NCBI GenBank assembly: GCA_044892525.1
Contig: CM097885.1
Coordinates: 17,672,001 to 17,736,000, forward strand
Length of the DNA stretch: 64,000 nucleotides
Direction of reading: 5' to 3'
DNA from: Schmidtea polychroa
Taxonomy: Eukaryota
Under the pieces are notes generated by a model. It did not search any database and was not told the origin of the DNA. It saw only the letters and a list, made by a program, of their open reading frames with translations. Made by a program: the position numbers and the translations under genes. Below, in pieces: positions 1 to 10,118 of the stretch; within the stretch, counting starts at the first letter, position 1; every line of letters begins with the position of its first letter.

Positions 1-310
1 CTGAAGCTGCAGCACTATCATTTTCACTAGGAACAGGAGCAACCTGATCAGCTGTTCTTTCTAAATCACTTGTTTTAGATTTTTTAACAAAGTAATTTGT
101 TAAAGTAGAATTTTTTAGTTTTCTTTTCTCGTTATTCATCTTCACAAAATATTATTTAAACAAATTTTAAAATTAACATTAAACAGAAATTAGACTTTCA
201 AGTTCAAGAGAAAACAAAAAACAAAAAAAAACACGTTTGAAAATTTAAAAACTCGACTGTTTGGGTCCCGCAATTATTATTATTAGTAATAGAAAGTACA
301 TTATCATTAT

Positions 311-370
<60 letters not shown>

Positions 371-400
371 CAGTAAACCCCCCCCCTGCGTACGCGCATG
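1..400 (-). mobile_element. Probable 5' end of a hAT-like DNA transposon running out of the window
   Basis: Minus strand begins CATGCGCGTACGCAGGGGGGG at 400. An ORF from ATG ~139 (MNNEKRKLKNSTLTNYFVKK...) runs off the left edge. The partner end is not in the window. Confidence 0.35.
318..364. repeat. (TA)n microsatellite
   Basis: Direct reading. Confidence 0.95.
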
Positions 401-1006
401 CTAGCAAAAGATTTTTTGAAGGCTAACAAAGTAAGTTTTTTAGATCAAATAGAACAATATAAATTGTGGTGTAAAATAGTTGCACTTTACTTTCACAATT
501 TTTCTTTTCAATACTCTTTTTACCAACCTTTGATCACATCGGGCTAACCAAAATATGTTTGGTTATTGGGTTGGTGACAGTATTTGTAAATTTAAATGTT
601 CACTCTGACTCCAAAGCGTGTTTTATTAATTCACAAATTGACAATCCCGAACAAGATGAACCTTTATTAATGTTTACAATAAATCGTACAAATTGCAATT
701 CTTAATTAACAGTGACCTTTGTTTTAATTTCTTGTTTGTTTTCCTTTATTTGATTTATCTTTCTCATTTCACATTTCTTTTTACTTTAGTTTTCTTCGAG
801 TTCCCATAGATCGTCCCGTTTGTCATGACGATCTCCCCCAGGTAATATACTTATTTATTATACTTTTTGTTATTTAGGTAACCTCAACACAATATAAAAA
901 TAAATATACGTGAGATTCAGTTAAATTAATGAAATTTGCAGAAGATTCAAAAATTCATTTGACATTACATTTTCGTATAGTAAATGGCTAATTCAGATAT
1001 TATTTC

Positions 1007-1587
1007 AGTAGGGTAATGTGTGGACCCGGGAACAAAGAACTAATACGTAACCAATGACGTCACAAAGGGAAATTACGTAATACCCTCGTGGGGGGTTTTT
1101 TTTAATTTTAATTTTTTTTAAAAAAATTACATAACAGAGACATATTACATAACAAAGACATATTACGTAACAAAGGAAAAATTTTAAACAAAGACATTTG
1201 AACAAAGGCACATGACTCATCATACTTTTTTCAATATATTACGTTGCGGTATTTTAAAATTTAATTATATTTTAATCATTAAATATATTACGTTGCGGTA
1301 TTTTAAAATTTAAATTTATTTTAAAAACTTATTTTGACGGTTAAGTTGACAAAATAAAATTATTGCACATACTTTGCATTATCATATATATAGTCTATCA
1401 GACAAGATATTCTGTTCCCCTGTGGGTAATGGTCACAAAGGTAAAGGTCACAAAGGTACTGCTAAAACTTTAACATATTATTACACAATGTATAAAAAAT
1501 AGTATTAGTGTCCACACATGGTCATGCAACAAGTTAGTGTTCCCATCGATAGCTCATCTTAAAGTCTAGTGTAAGATTTATCTAATG

Positions 1588-1645
<58 letters not shown>

Positions 1646-1656
1646 ATTGGTAAAGA

Positions 1657-1708
<52 letters not shown>

Positions 1709-1913
1709 ATTATTTTTTTTATTATTATTTTTATTAATATTATTATTATTATATAGTCCGAGTCTATCCGACAAGATATTCTGTCCCCCTATGAATAATG
1801 GTCACAAAGGTAAAGGTTACTAATGTACTGCTCGCAAGGGTACTGCTAAAAATATTCAAGACAAAACTTTAACAAAGAAATTCTAAATATTATACTTTAA
1901 ATATACACTCAAA
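1007..1913 (+). repeat. Left TIR of Polinton A
   Basis: Matches the reverse complement of ~40978-41836, including the embedded (TTA)n tract. Confidence 0.9.
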
Positions 1914-2195
1914 CTAAAATTTATTAACACATTCACATTCATCATCTCCACGTTTCATAACATTTTCAACAACATGATCTATACAATCGCTATATACACG
2001 CGTTTCAGTATCCGTAAATTCCTCCATAGGTTCATCAATTTCTTGAATACTTTCCTCGTCATCTTGAGTGTTTTCTTCATCAGTTTCATCAAATCCCGAA
2101 TCTTTACTCTCTGCTACCCACTCTATATTTAATGCATTTGTCACATGTAATATATCTTCCATTTTCACACCAGATATTTCTGCTAATTTTTCCAA
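1914..2195 (-). CDS. Small acidic hypothetical protein of Polinton A (possibly a last exon)
   Basis: 93-aa E/D-rich ORF with a non-ATG start. Its 3' part recurs at ~16165-16240. Confidence 0.4.
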   Translation of the reverse strand: MEKLAEISGVKMEDILHVTNALNIEWVAESKDSGFDETDEENTQDDEESIQEIDEPMEEFTDTETRVYSDCIDHVVENVMKRGDDECECVNKF

Positions 2196-2378
2196 TAAAA
2201 AGTTTATTACAAATTCTAAATATTAAATAATTCAATAATTAACTAATCATATTAACCTTTTTCTGTAGTTATTATTATTGTTATTTTAAAACTATAGTGT
2301 ATATTTGTTTATAGAAAATATAGAAAATGGGCGAAAACAAATATAACTAAATGCATTTATTAAATACAACAACATTTA

Positions 2379-2798
2379 TTAAAATGTCTGTGAAAGTCTA
2401 GCAGACATAATTTTCCAAATTGGAGAATACACATCATTATTATCAACTTTATATCCTAGGATTGCAATTGTTATATACCAATTTTCATTTTCTTTGAAGC
2501 TGATTTCATCAAAGGAATCATAAAATCTTGCATATCGGTTGTTGAAAAAACCATGATGATTACATGATAGATTCGTATTCAAACGTTTGAAAACCTCATC
2601 AATAGATTTAATATCTATCATTGAAAGTGTGCCGGATAAGAATTGAAATTGGGTAGGAATTAGCTTGATCGGTGACACCAATTTCATATTGATTTCTTCT
2701 TTTAAAAAATACATTTTGTAGTTATGGAACATTTGAACAGGTTGTACAAGTTCTGGAAGAACTTTTGGTTTTTCAGTGGTTGAAAATTTCTTTGTCAT
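2379..2798 (-). CDS. Hypothetical protein of Polinton A
   Basis: 139-aa ATG ORF of normal complexity, with TATA-like and CCAAT-like motifs upstream (~2835-2870). Confidence 0.5.
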   Translation of the reverse strand: MTKKFSTTEKPKVLPELVQPVQMFHNYKMYFLKEEINMKLVSPIKLIPTQFQFLSGTLSMIDIKSIDEVFKRLNTNLSCNHHGFFNNRYARFYDSFDEISFKENENWYITIAILGYKVDNNDVYSPIWKIMSARLSQTF

Positions 2799-2973
2799 CG
2801 TGAATTATGATTAAAATGAAATGGTATAGGGTTTTTATACCTATGACTATAGTTTATCATCCAATCAGATTGCTGCATGTCTTTGTTTTAATTGCAATGA
2901 TATCGCATTGATATTGCATTGATATTGCATTGGCACATGTTTTATATTATTAAAATTATTATTATTATTATTA

Positions 2974-3531
2974 TTATTGTTCATGTTTAAATTCAAGATC
3001 ACGAATAATAATTTTATTTTTGAATAATAACAATTTGTCCATGTCAATACCATAAGATAATGCCATCATTGAACAACCTAATGGTCGCATCTCAGTTGAT
3101 TGGGTAGAAAGCTGCTTAATATCCGCAATAGAACGACATATTATGTCGCAAGGCATTTCATATCCATGTTTATATCTAAATCGACCTGCTTCCATTTGTG
3201 CACGACATACTTGAGATCGATAATCAGGGATCATACCAGTCATAACACCTCCAGTACTTTCAGTAATATTAAACAATTTTGTAGCTGAACTTTTCTCAAT
3301 CATTTTATCTGGAACCTTTCTTTGTGTAGCTACTACATCAGAATTATTGCATCGAATACCCACGGAAATCCGTCCACCAAATAAATTTAATATTAGTTGG
3401 CCAAAAACACCATTAAAGTTATCAGGATCTCTTGGGATCATAAAAATGGAACCATCAGTTTCGTTGGTAGTATTTCCAATTTCCATTGAGTTATCAGATT
3501 CATAAATTTCTTCATTAAAAGCAGCCATCAT
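2974..3531 (-). CDS. PSMA6-like: Proteasome subunit alpha type-6-like fragment inside the 3' LTR
   Basis: TQRKVPDKM, LFNITESTGGVMTGM, FRYKHGYEMP and TEMRPLGCSM match PSMA6 (TQKKVPDKL, LFKITENIGCVMTGM, WKYKYGYEIP, AEMRPLGCCM). Homologous part ~3019-3378, native N- and C-termini missing, first ATG at 3531. Confidence 0.85.
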   Translation of the reverse strand: MMAAFNEEIYESDNSMEIGNTTNETDGSIFMIPRDPDNFNGVFGQLILNLFGGRISVGIRCNNSDVVATQRKVPDKMIEKSSATKLFNITESTGGVMTGMIPDYRSQVCRAQMEAGRFRYKHGYEMPCDIICRSIADIKQLSTQSTEMRPLGCSMMALSYGIDMDKLLLFKNKIIIRDLEFKHEQ

Positions 3532-3819
3532 TAACAACTCTTTCCTTAAATCGAAACATAACTCATCCAATACAATCGATCGATAAAAATCTAAATCTAA
3601 AAATTAAATTACAACCAAACTAATTAATAAATATTGCCATACTTCTTGCTCGCGTCTGTGTGCGCACACAGCCAAAAACAAAGAAAAGAAAAGCGCACAC
3701 AGACGCGACACACCAACAACCCAACCCAAAAAATGACATTGCTCGCGTCTGTGTGCTCACACAAACCTATCACACAATACAACGCGCACACAGACGCGCA
3801 TTGAGCTCATAATTCACCA
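2978..3819 (-). repeat. 3' LTR (842 bp)
   Basis: TGGTGAATT...CATGAACA. Differs from the 5' LTR by a few substitutions and a ~93-bp indel near 3670-3760. Confidence 0.92.
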
Positions 3820-3833
3820 TCCTCCCCCCCCTT
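3820..3833 (-). promoter_or_regulatory. Polypurine tract
   Basis: AAGGGGGGGGAGGA directly abuts the TG of the 3' LTR. Confidence 0.9.
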
Positions 3834-3919
3834 GACACCTTAGTGTCAATCTCAAATCCCCATCAGCTTCTCCTTCTTCTTTTATACTCAAACATAATTT
3901 GAAGATACATTCCCGTGTC

Positions 3920-4077
3920 AGTTTATCCCTTTTCCCCTTCATTTCTTCCACTTCCCTCGCCATTTTATCCCTTTTCCCCTTCATTTTCTGCATTTCCCTC
4001 GCCATTTTATCCCTTCTCCCCTCCATTTTCTGCATTTTCCTCGCCATTTTATCCCTTTCCCCCTTCATTTCCTGCAT
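3920..4077. repeat. 42-bp tandem repeat (~3.5 copies)
   Basis: Repeating GCCATTTTATCCCTTT..CCCTTCATTT unit, giving a 14-aa periodicity (RDKMAREMQKMKGK) on the minus strand. Confidence 0.85.
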
Positions 4078-4157
4078 TATGGCTCAATCTCCAATAACCC
4101 TCACACACCCATCTTTGTATTATATAAGCCGCCGCACCACGCACCTTTTTTGAAAGA

Positions 4158-4715
4158 TCAAAAAAAAAAAATTCTCCACCCACCATCGCTATACTCGGCC
4201 AAGCAGCTGTCCCTGTTCAGTTTGATTAGGTGTAATCTCTCCATTATTCTTTCTCCCTTTTTCGCCAATTCCATATTCCACACTTTTCCCTGTTGCATTT
4301 CATTTAGTGACCAGTTTTCACTTAATGTTTTTATAAGCATCCTACAAAGTCGTTCTTTGATTGCTTCGTGTTTCGATTCCCCAATCGACACCTTGTCTTT
4401 CATGTGCATCTTTTGAGGCGTGCAAGCGAGTTCCAGTGACCCTTGTTGTTTTAAACTGTTCGATGATTCGTTCAATTTTTCCAAAACTTCTTTGGCCCCT
4501 TGATCATTATCACGTACAGTTTCCCATGATTTCCCATATACCATACTGGTCTCCTTGTTTTGCCTCTCCCCTTTGGAGTCTTCTGCCCCTTTTACATTAT
4601 CACGTTCTTCTTTTAGTCGATTAACTTCCCCTTCGTCGACCTGAATATCATTAACCGCCGCCTCGGGCGTTAAATCCTCTGATGTTGATTTGTCTTTTTC
4701 CCAATTACTCATCAC
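4158..4715 (-). CDS. Charged hypothetical ORF downstream of gag
   Basis: 185-aa E/K-rich ORF with no recognisable motif. Confidence 0.35.
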   Translation of the reverse strand: MMSNWEKDKSTSEDLTPEAAVNDIQVDEGEVNRLKEERDNVKGAEDSKGERQNKETSMVYGKSWETVRDNDQGAKEVLEKLNESSNSLKQQGSLELACTPQKMHMKDKVSIGESKHEAIKERLCRMLIKTLSENWSLNEMQQGKVWNMELAKKGERIMERLHLIKLNRDSCLAEYSDGGWRIFFF

Positions 4716-4846
4716 TTACGTTGTCTTCGGTTCCACAATTTTATCGTCGGATAATTTTATGATCTCACCAGCCCGGCAAGCCTCATCTTGCTTTTCCCCT
4801 GTATTCATTTTTCCTTGAACATTTTGTGTGATTGTCATAACGTTAA

Positions 4847-6571
4847 CTAATTCGTTAGTTCTTCCAGAATTGAATATTTGCCATCTAAATGACTCTGAGC
4901 TCCTTGCTCTTCATTAGATGCCTTACTCCTGTGGAGTGGCGTGTCCTCAATTCCTCGAGATGCCCGTAACTCGTCATTGAACATTTCAGTTACCGCAAAA
5001 TAACTCTGAACCGTCCTCATTGATGCGTTTTCATTTAATAATTCGTTGTGTCTTTGCTTACATCCGGTAACCTTGCAGAAAGATTCTTTACGGCATTCCT
5101 TGGCCATGTGATTTCTTTTGAAGCAATTCCTGCACAGTTTCATTTCTTCGATGACTCTCTTCCTTTCTGAAATTGTGAGTTGCTTAAACTTGTCACATTG
5201 GTCTAGGTAATGTTGACCACCACATTCTACACACTCTGATCTATAGCCGTTAGAGTTATTCACCTGTATAACCGTTCCACTTTTAACTCTGCCATTTGGT
5301 TGCCCCGTAAAATGCGTCCGACCTCCTGGATTGAAGCTTTCTCTTTCTCTAGACACACCTTCTACTCTTGGCCCATCATAAGTCCTGGTGCTTGATTGAG
5401 TCCCATACACGACCTCGTTAGTGGACCTTAGGATCTCCGCTTCTTGTTGTATCCATCTTCTCAAATCCTCTATCGTCTCCCGCAATTCCTTTTCTATTTT
5501 CTCTTTCTTCCATTTATACACAAGATCCGTTGTTAACTTGCTCAAACACTTTTGAAAAAGATATCCAGTCTTTAACTCGGTTTCTTTCCCAGTGGATTTA
5601 AATCGCACGGTGACTGTTTCTAATAATCCAACAAATAAGTCTAGATCCTTCAAATCTCCTTCTCGAATTGGCCTGAACTTGTCCATCTCCTCTAACATTG
5701 ATAAATATATCCTTTCATCCCCACCATATATCCTATCCAACTTCTCTTTTGCCATTTGATAAGCCTCTGCCGAATATTCTAGATTTTCAATTAACTTTAA
5801 TGGCTCTCCGTGAAGGTACTTGTGCAGGTGAAACATCTTTTCAACCTCATCACCTTCCGCTTCGTCAACACACGCCGTAAAAGCTGCTTTGCATGGTTCG
5901 TACTCTTTCATCTTGCCTTCAAAAACAGGGATTGTAATTTTCTGTAGACTTTCCAGTTTTCTTTTATGCACGGAATTATTCTTCTTGAAGGTATCATCAT
6001 TCACATTTTCCTTCTCTTCCATAACAGATTGATTTGCTTTTCTTTCCATCAATGCCCCAATCATTTGATGTTTTTCCTCGATCTCTTGCAGGTCTTTATC
6101 TAAGATTGCAGTGATGTCCAATCTTTGCAATTTTTTACTGATCGTTCTCAGATCCCCTAATTCTTCATCTAGACTCTCCTTTTGATCTTCATATTCCGCC
6201 AACCATTCGCTAACATCCTTCCCATTTATATCATTGAGAATCTTGTTTCTCAATCTCGTTAATTTTCCTTTTTTCATTCTCTTTTTCCACAGTCCTTCTT
6301 CTAAAATCTCTTCGTCATTGCCCCCGCACAGCCTGAGTGACAAATGAAGTGTCGAACCTACTTGTATCCTATAATCGTTCAATCTTCTTCTATTTTCTAA
6401 TTGCTTTCCTGCGTGTACTAACATTTGATAATTTACCGGAATTCCTTCTTTGTCCTGGATTTTTCCTTTTACCTTTTCAATTGTGTCGTTCCATTCAACA
6501 TCAAGAGTAATTGTCTTACCAGTAAGAGTTTTGACAAATATTTGACTTTCCCATCGCAACTCAAAACCCAT
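4847..6571 (-). CDS. Ubiquitin-Gag fusion (ubiquitin-like domain + BEL/Pao-type Gag with zinc knuckles)
   Basis: [14 protein letters not shown]...[12 protein letters not shown] (6544-6320). Then a coiled coil, a DUF1759-like region (KITIPVFEG...[14 protein letters not shown]...[10 protein letters not shown]) and Cys/His motifs [27 protein letters not shown] and [14 protein letters not shown]. First ATG at 6571. Confidence 0.9.
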   Translation of the reverse strand: MGFELRWESQIFVKTLTGKTITLDVEWNDTIEKVKGKIQDKEGIPVNYQMLVHAGKQLENRRRLNDYRIQVGSTLHLSLRLCGGNDEEILEEGLWKKRMKKGKLTRLRNKILNDINGKDVSEWLAEYEDQKESLDEELGDLRTISKKLQRLDITAILDKDLQEIEEKHQMIGALMERKANQSVMEEKENVNDDTFKKNNSVHKRKLESLQKITIPVFEGKMKEYEPCKAAFTACVDEAEGDEVEKMFHLHKYLHGEPLKLIENLEYSAEAYQMAKEKLDRIYGGDERIYLSMLEEMDKFRPIREGDLKDLDLFVGLLETVTVRFKSTGKETELKTGYLFQKCLSKLTTDLVYKWKKEKIEKELRETIEDLRRWIQQEAEILRSTNEVVYGTQSSTRTYDGPRVEGVSRERESFNPGGRTHFTGQPNGRVKSGTVIQVNNSNGYRSECVECGGQHYLDQCDKFKQLTISERKRVIEEMKLCRNCFKRNHMAKECRKESFCKVTGCKQRHNELLNENASMRTVQSYFAVTEMFNDELRASRGIEDTPLHRSKASNEEQGAQSHLDGKYSILEELTN

Positions 6572-6845
6572 TACTCCGCTCGCCCTCACCCTTGACTCAT
6601 CTCTGTTCTTTACCCTGATCCCCTGGCTTCCCCCTTTAAAAAAGTGCTGGGGCCATAGCAGCACTTTCCCACGCTCGGTAGGGAAGGGAGGATGATTAAT
6701 TTTACAAAAATAAAGTTCAAATAAATGAAAATAAAATTTACATCACCCTTGATGATTAATTTTACAAAAATAAAATTCGAATAAATGAAAATAAAATTTA
6801 CATCACCCTTGATCAGCCGGGCTGTCTCCACTGAAACATTGGTGC

Positions 6846-7433
6846 CTAGCCCCCTGAAGGGAACCATGCTCTGCTACCATGTTCATGTTTAAATTCAAGA
6901 TCACGAATAATAATTTTATTTTTGAATAATAACAATTTGTCCATGTCAATACCATAAGATAATGCCATCATTGAACAACCTAATGGTCGCATCTCAGTTG
7001 ATTGGGTAGAAAGCTGCTTAATATCCGCAATAGAACGACATATTATGTCGCAAGGCATTTCATATCCATGTTTATATCTAAATCGACCTGCTTCCATTTG
7101 TGCACGACATACTTGAGATCGATAATCAGGGATCATACCAGTCATAACACCTCCAGTACTTTCAGTAATATTAAACAATCTTGTAGCTGAACTCTTCTCA
7201 ATCATTTTATCTGGAACCTTTCTTTGTGTAGCTACTACATCAGAATTATTGCATCGAATACCCACGGAAATCCGTCCACCAAATAAATTTAATATTAGTT
7301 GGCCAAAAACACCATTAAAGTTATCAGGATCTCTTGGGATCATAAAAATGGAACCATCAGTTTCGTTGGTAGTATTTCCAATTTCCATTGAGTTATCAGA
7401 TTCATAAATTTCTTCATTAAAAGCAGCCATCAT
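6846..7433 (-). CDS. PSMA6-like: Proteasome subunit alpha type-6-like fragment inside the 5' LTR
   Basis: Second copy (one K/R difference). Reads through the LTR end and PBS to a stop at 6846. Confidence 0.85.
   Translation of the reverse strand: MMAAFNEEIYESDNSMEIGNTTNETDGSIFMIPRDPDNFNGVFGQLILNLFGGRISVGIRCNNSDVVATQRKVPDKMIEKSSATRLFNITESTGGVMTGMIPDYRSQVCRAQMEAGRFRYKHGYEMPCDIICRSIADIKQLSTQSTEMRPLGCSMMALSYGIDMDKLLLFKNKIIIRDLEFKHEHGSRAWFPSGG
6862..6879 (-). promoter_or_regulatory. Primer binding site, initiator tRNA-Met
   Basis: TGGTAGCAGAGCATGGTT immediately after the 5' LTR, complementary to the animal tRNAi-Met 3' end (...CUCUGCUACCA). Confidence 0.88.
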
Positions 7434-7628
7434 TAACAACTCTTTCCTTAAATCGAAACATAACTCATCCAATACAATCGATCGATAAAAATCTAAATCT
7501 AAAAATTAAATTACAACCAAACTAATTAATAAATATTGCCATACTTCTTGCTCGCGTCTGTGTGCGCACACAAACCCATCACACAATACAACGCGCACAC
7601 AAACGCGCATTGAGCTCATAATTCACCA
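6880..7628 (-). repeat. 5' LTR (749 bp)
   Basis: Direct repeat of 2978-3819 with TG...CA ends. Confidence 0.92.
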
Positions 7629-7775
<147 letters not shown>

Positions 7776-8179
7776 TAAATAATCAAAAAAACGTGGCAAT
7801 GATTTAATAATACAGAAACGCCAACTCAATAAATTCAACATAAACGCGATATATTTCAATTGTACAACAATCTTCGTCAGGCAGCAATCTGGATAATCAA
7901 TAATAAGACATAAAATATGCAATATCTAAACAAATTAACTAATAATAATCATCTCCAAACTGTATCAAAAATTTTAAAAAAATACAAAAAAAAATATTTA
8001 AAAAAAAAACCAAACCATATTTTACATGGCCCCACATACATATTATTTTAAAAATGAAATTTTAATTTAATAACATTCAACATTCAACATAAAATTAACA
8101 AATTTAAAAAAAATTACATAGTTTACAAAACACAAACATAATTATACCACAAACACGACTCCCAACCTTCAACCTTCAA

Positions 8180-8516
8180 TTACTTAAACACATTCAAAAT
8201 CTCCGTGGAACGGGCAACTTGATCATTTATTTTTGGATTTAAATATCTAATCAACAATGCCTCACAAGTTACTCGTTCCCAATAATTACTTAAACCTTTT
8301 GAAATAATTTTAAAATCAGAGATACCTATTTTTTTACTGACACATTTCCTAACATGATTACTAATATTAGTCAATCCTTTTGGTCGACAGTGTTCAAGAA
8401 CTCGGGTGCAGAGATGACGGGCAGTCTCTCCAATGTATGTGGCATTACACCCATTACATGAAAATTGATACACGAGCTCAGAACACAAACCAATTGGCGT
8501 TGGACATTTACTAGTA
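8180..8516 (-). pseudogene. Penelope-like element 3' fragment, GIY-YIG endonuclease
   Basis: LVYQFSCNGCNATYIGETARHLCTRVLEH...SNH...EALLIRYLNPKIN is the PLE-type GIY-YIG with CxxC. Confidence 0.88.
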
Positions 8517-8743
8517 TGCGTACGTCTGAATCTGAGGTACCTATTGATCCTGAGGAAAGTAGTATGTTAAATTCGGAAAGTGACAAGAATCGATCCAATC
8601 GCATGGAGCCGAAATATGTGTTAGTATTGCCTTATTCTGAGGGTTTCAGAGAATTTAAACATAAAATTCTCAAATATGTAGACAAGGATCAATTCAGGAT
8701 TGTTTCCACTTCTTGCAAAGTTAGCAGTATGTTTACTAGTAAA
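8517..8743 (+). pseudogene. Inverted upstream piece of the same Penelope ORF (RT-EN linker)
   Basis: KYVLVLPYSEGF...VSSMFTSK joins in frame to TSKCPTPIGLCSELVYQF once the segment is re-inverted. Confidence 0.7.
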
Positions 8744-8887
8744 TCCCAGAGAAATGTATTGATAATTCGAAAATCCAGATTCTGGTTTCATTGTAAATTA
8801 AGTTTGGGATTATTGCAACATCTCGATCTTTGAGAATATCATACATTTGCGGGTAATAAAAATACAATCTTTCCAGTATTATTGCAA

Positions 8888-9300
8888 AGTAGTGAGAAGT
8901 GAGGAGTATAAACCAAGCCAAAAATGCAGTATTACGTAATATCTGTATGGGTACCATGGGGGTGGTTTGGTGTTACATAATTTTGTAAAATTACGTAATC
9001 ACACATAAAATGACGTAATTATATTTTTTGATTACGTTATAATTGATTTTTTAAATTTACGTCATAATTGACCCCCCATGTAATAATTGACCTTTGACCT
9101 CTTACATAATAATTAACCTTTGACCTCTTATATAATAATTATACTTCATTAGAGTAGTGAGGAGTATAAACCAAGCCAAATATCCCTGGAAAAAATTCAA
9201 TACATTTTGATAGAGTAGTGAGAAGTGAGGAGTATAAACCAAGCCAAATATACAGTATTACGTAATATTTGTATGGGTACCTTGGGGGGTGGTATGGTGT
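8888..9300 (+). mobile_element. Orphan Polinton-type terminus in three direct copies
   Basis: AGTAGTGAG(AAGTGAG)GAGTATAAACCAAGCCAAA at 8888, ~9153 and ~9214, followed by TTACGTAA/TGACCT-rich sequence resembling other TIRs here. Confidence 0.6.
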
Positions 9301-9545
9301 TAATAATAATTATCTGTAAATATTATCTGTAAATAATAATAATATGATAAATACAATTAATATTAAAATTTACCATAATGTTCATGTTCTTTCATGGCTG
9401 CTATAGCTGAACTTTGAATATTGTACATGGTTTAAAAATGATAACTAAACCCAAAACATTTTGTTATAAATAATCATCAGCCAATTAGATTTCGACCAAT
9501 CAGAATCATGCATTTCAATGGCATTGAATTTGCAATGATAAATAA

Positions 9546-10010
9546 TTAATTAAGTGATAATAAAAAATCTAAAAATTCTTTTCCTTCAATTATTGATTTA
9601 ATTTCAGATATGATATTATCAACTATACATTTGTAATCAATATTTTTTATTCCAAGAATTACTATCTTACCGCTAGCTAATATATTTACACACATAGGGT
9701 TATATTTTATATATCTCAAAGCTGGAAATAATTCTGGTTCGTAAAAGCATGGTATTAATTTAGCCAATTTATTTAAATTACAAGAAAAACCTATATCGGA
9801 AGTTACGGTTATCGATTGTATTTCTAAATCATAAACATTATATTCACTAGCTTTGATTATTTCCTTACACCCCATAATTCTATATTTACCAGTTTTGAAA
9901 TATATTATTGGATATTTTTTACTTCTATTGATAAGTTGTTGCGGTTTCCCCATTGGAAATACCATTTTTGATACATCAGCTTTTGCCCTGTAATTTATAT
10001 TTGAAAGCAT
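9546..10010 (-). CDS. TBP-like: TATA-binding-protein-like protein of Polinton A
   Basis: Two TBP repeats: IYFKTGKYRIMGCK, then IQSITVTSDIGFSCNLNKL...YEPELFPALRY...VNILASGKIVILGIK (compare TBP YEPELFPGLIY...LIFVSGKVVLTGAK). Confidence 0.85.
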   Translation of the reverse strand: MLSNINYRAKADVSKMVFPMGKPQQLINRSKKYPIIYFKTGKYRIMGCKEIIKASEYNVYDLEIQSITVTSDIGFSCNLNKLAKLIPCFYEPELFPALRYIKYNPMCVNILASGKIVILGIKNIDYKCIVDNIISEIKSIIEGKEFLDFLLSLN

Positions 10011-10118
10011 TTTAATGAAATAATTATAAAAACTCTGTTATATATATATAGTTATTTTAAAACGGAGTTCATTTAAATTATCAATATAAACAATAATTAT
10101 ATAGTTTAAATTTAAAAA

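Larger units (their letters stand above)
2978..7628 (-). mobile_element. Non-autonomous (gag-only) LTR retrotransposon, BEL/Pao-like
   Basis: Near-identical direct repeats 2978-3819 and 6880-7628 reading TG...CA on the minus strand. PBS next to one LTR, PPT next to the other, ATTAT on both flanks, internal gag, no pol. Confidence 0.92.

Noticed and set aside
1559..1774. Poly-Asn/Ile/Leu/Tyr ORFs (also 7623-7922, 15742-15984, 41068-41301)
   Set aside because: Translations of (TAA)n microsatellites or TIR repeats, with no coding signal.
3899..4624. Hydrophobic plus-strand ORFs (3899-4153, 3915-4097, 4150-4416, 4361-4624)
   Set aside because: Antisense shadows of the purine-rich minus strand and the 42-bp repeat.
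2974..7472. Tandemly duplicated host proteasome genes
   Set aside because: Both copies are partial and lie inside TG..CA repeats with PBS, PPT and TSD, so they are LTR content.
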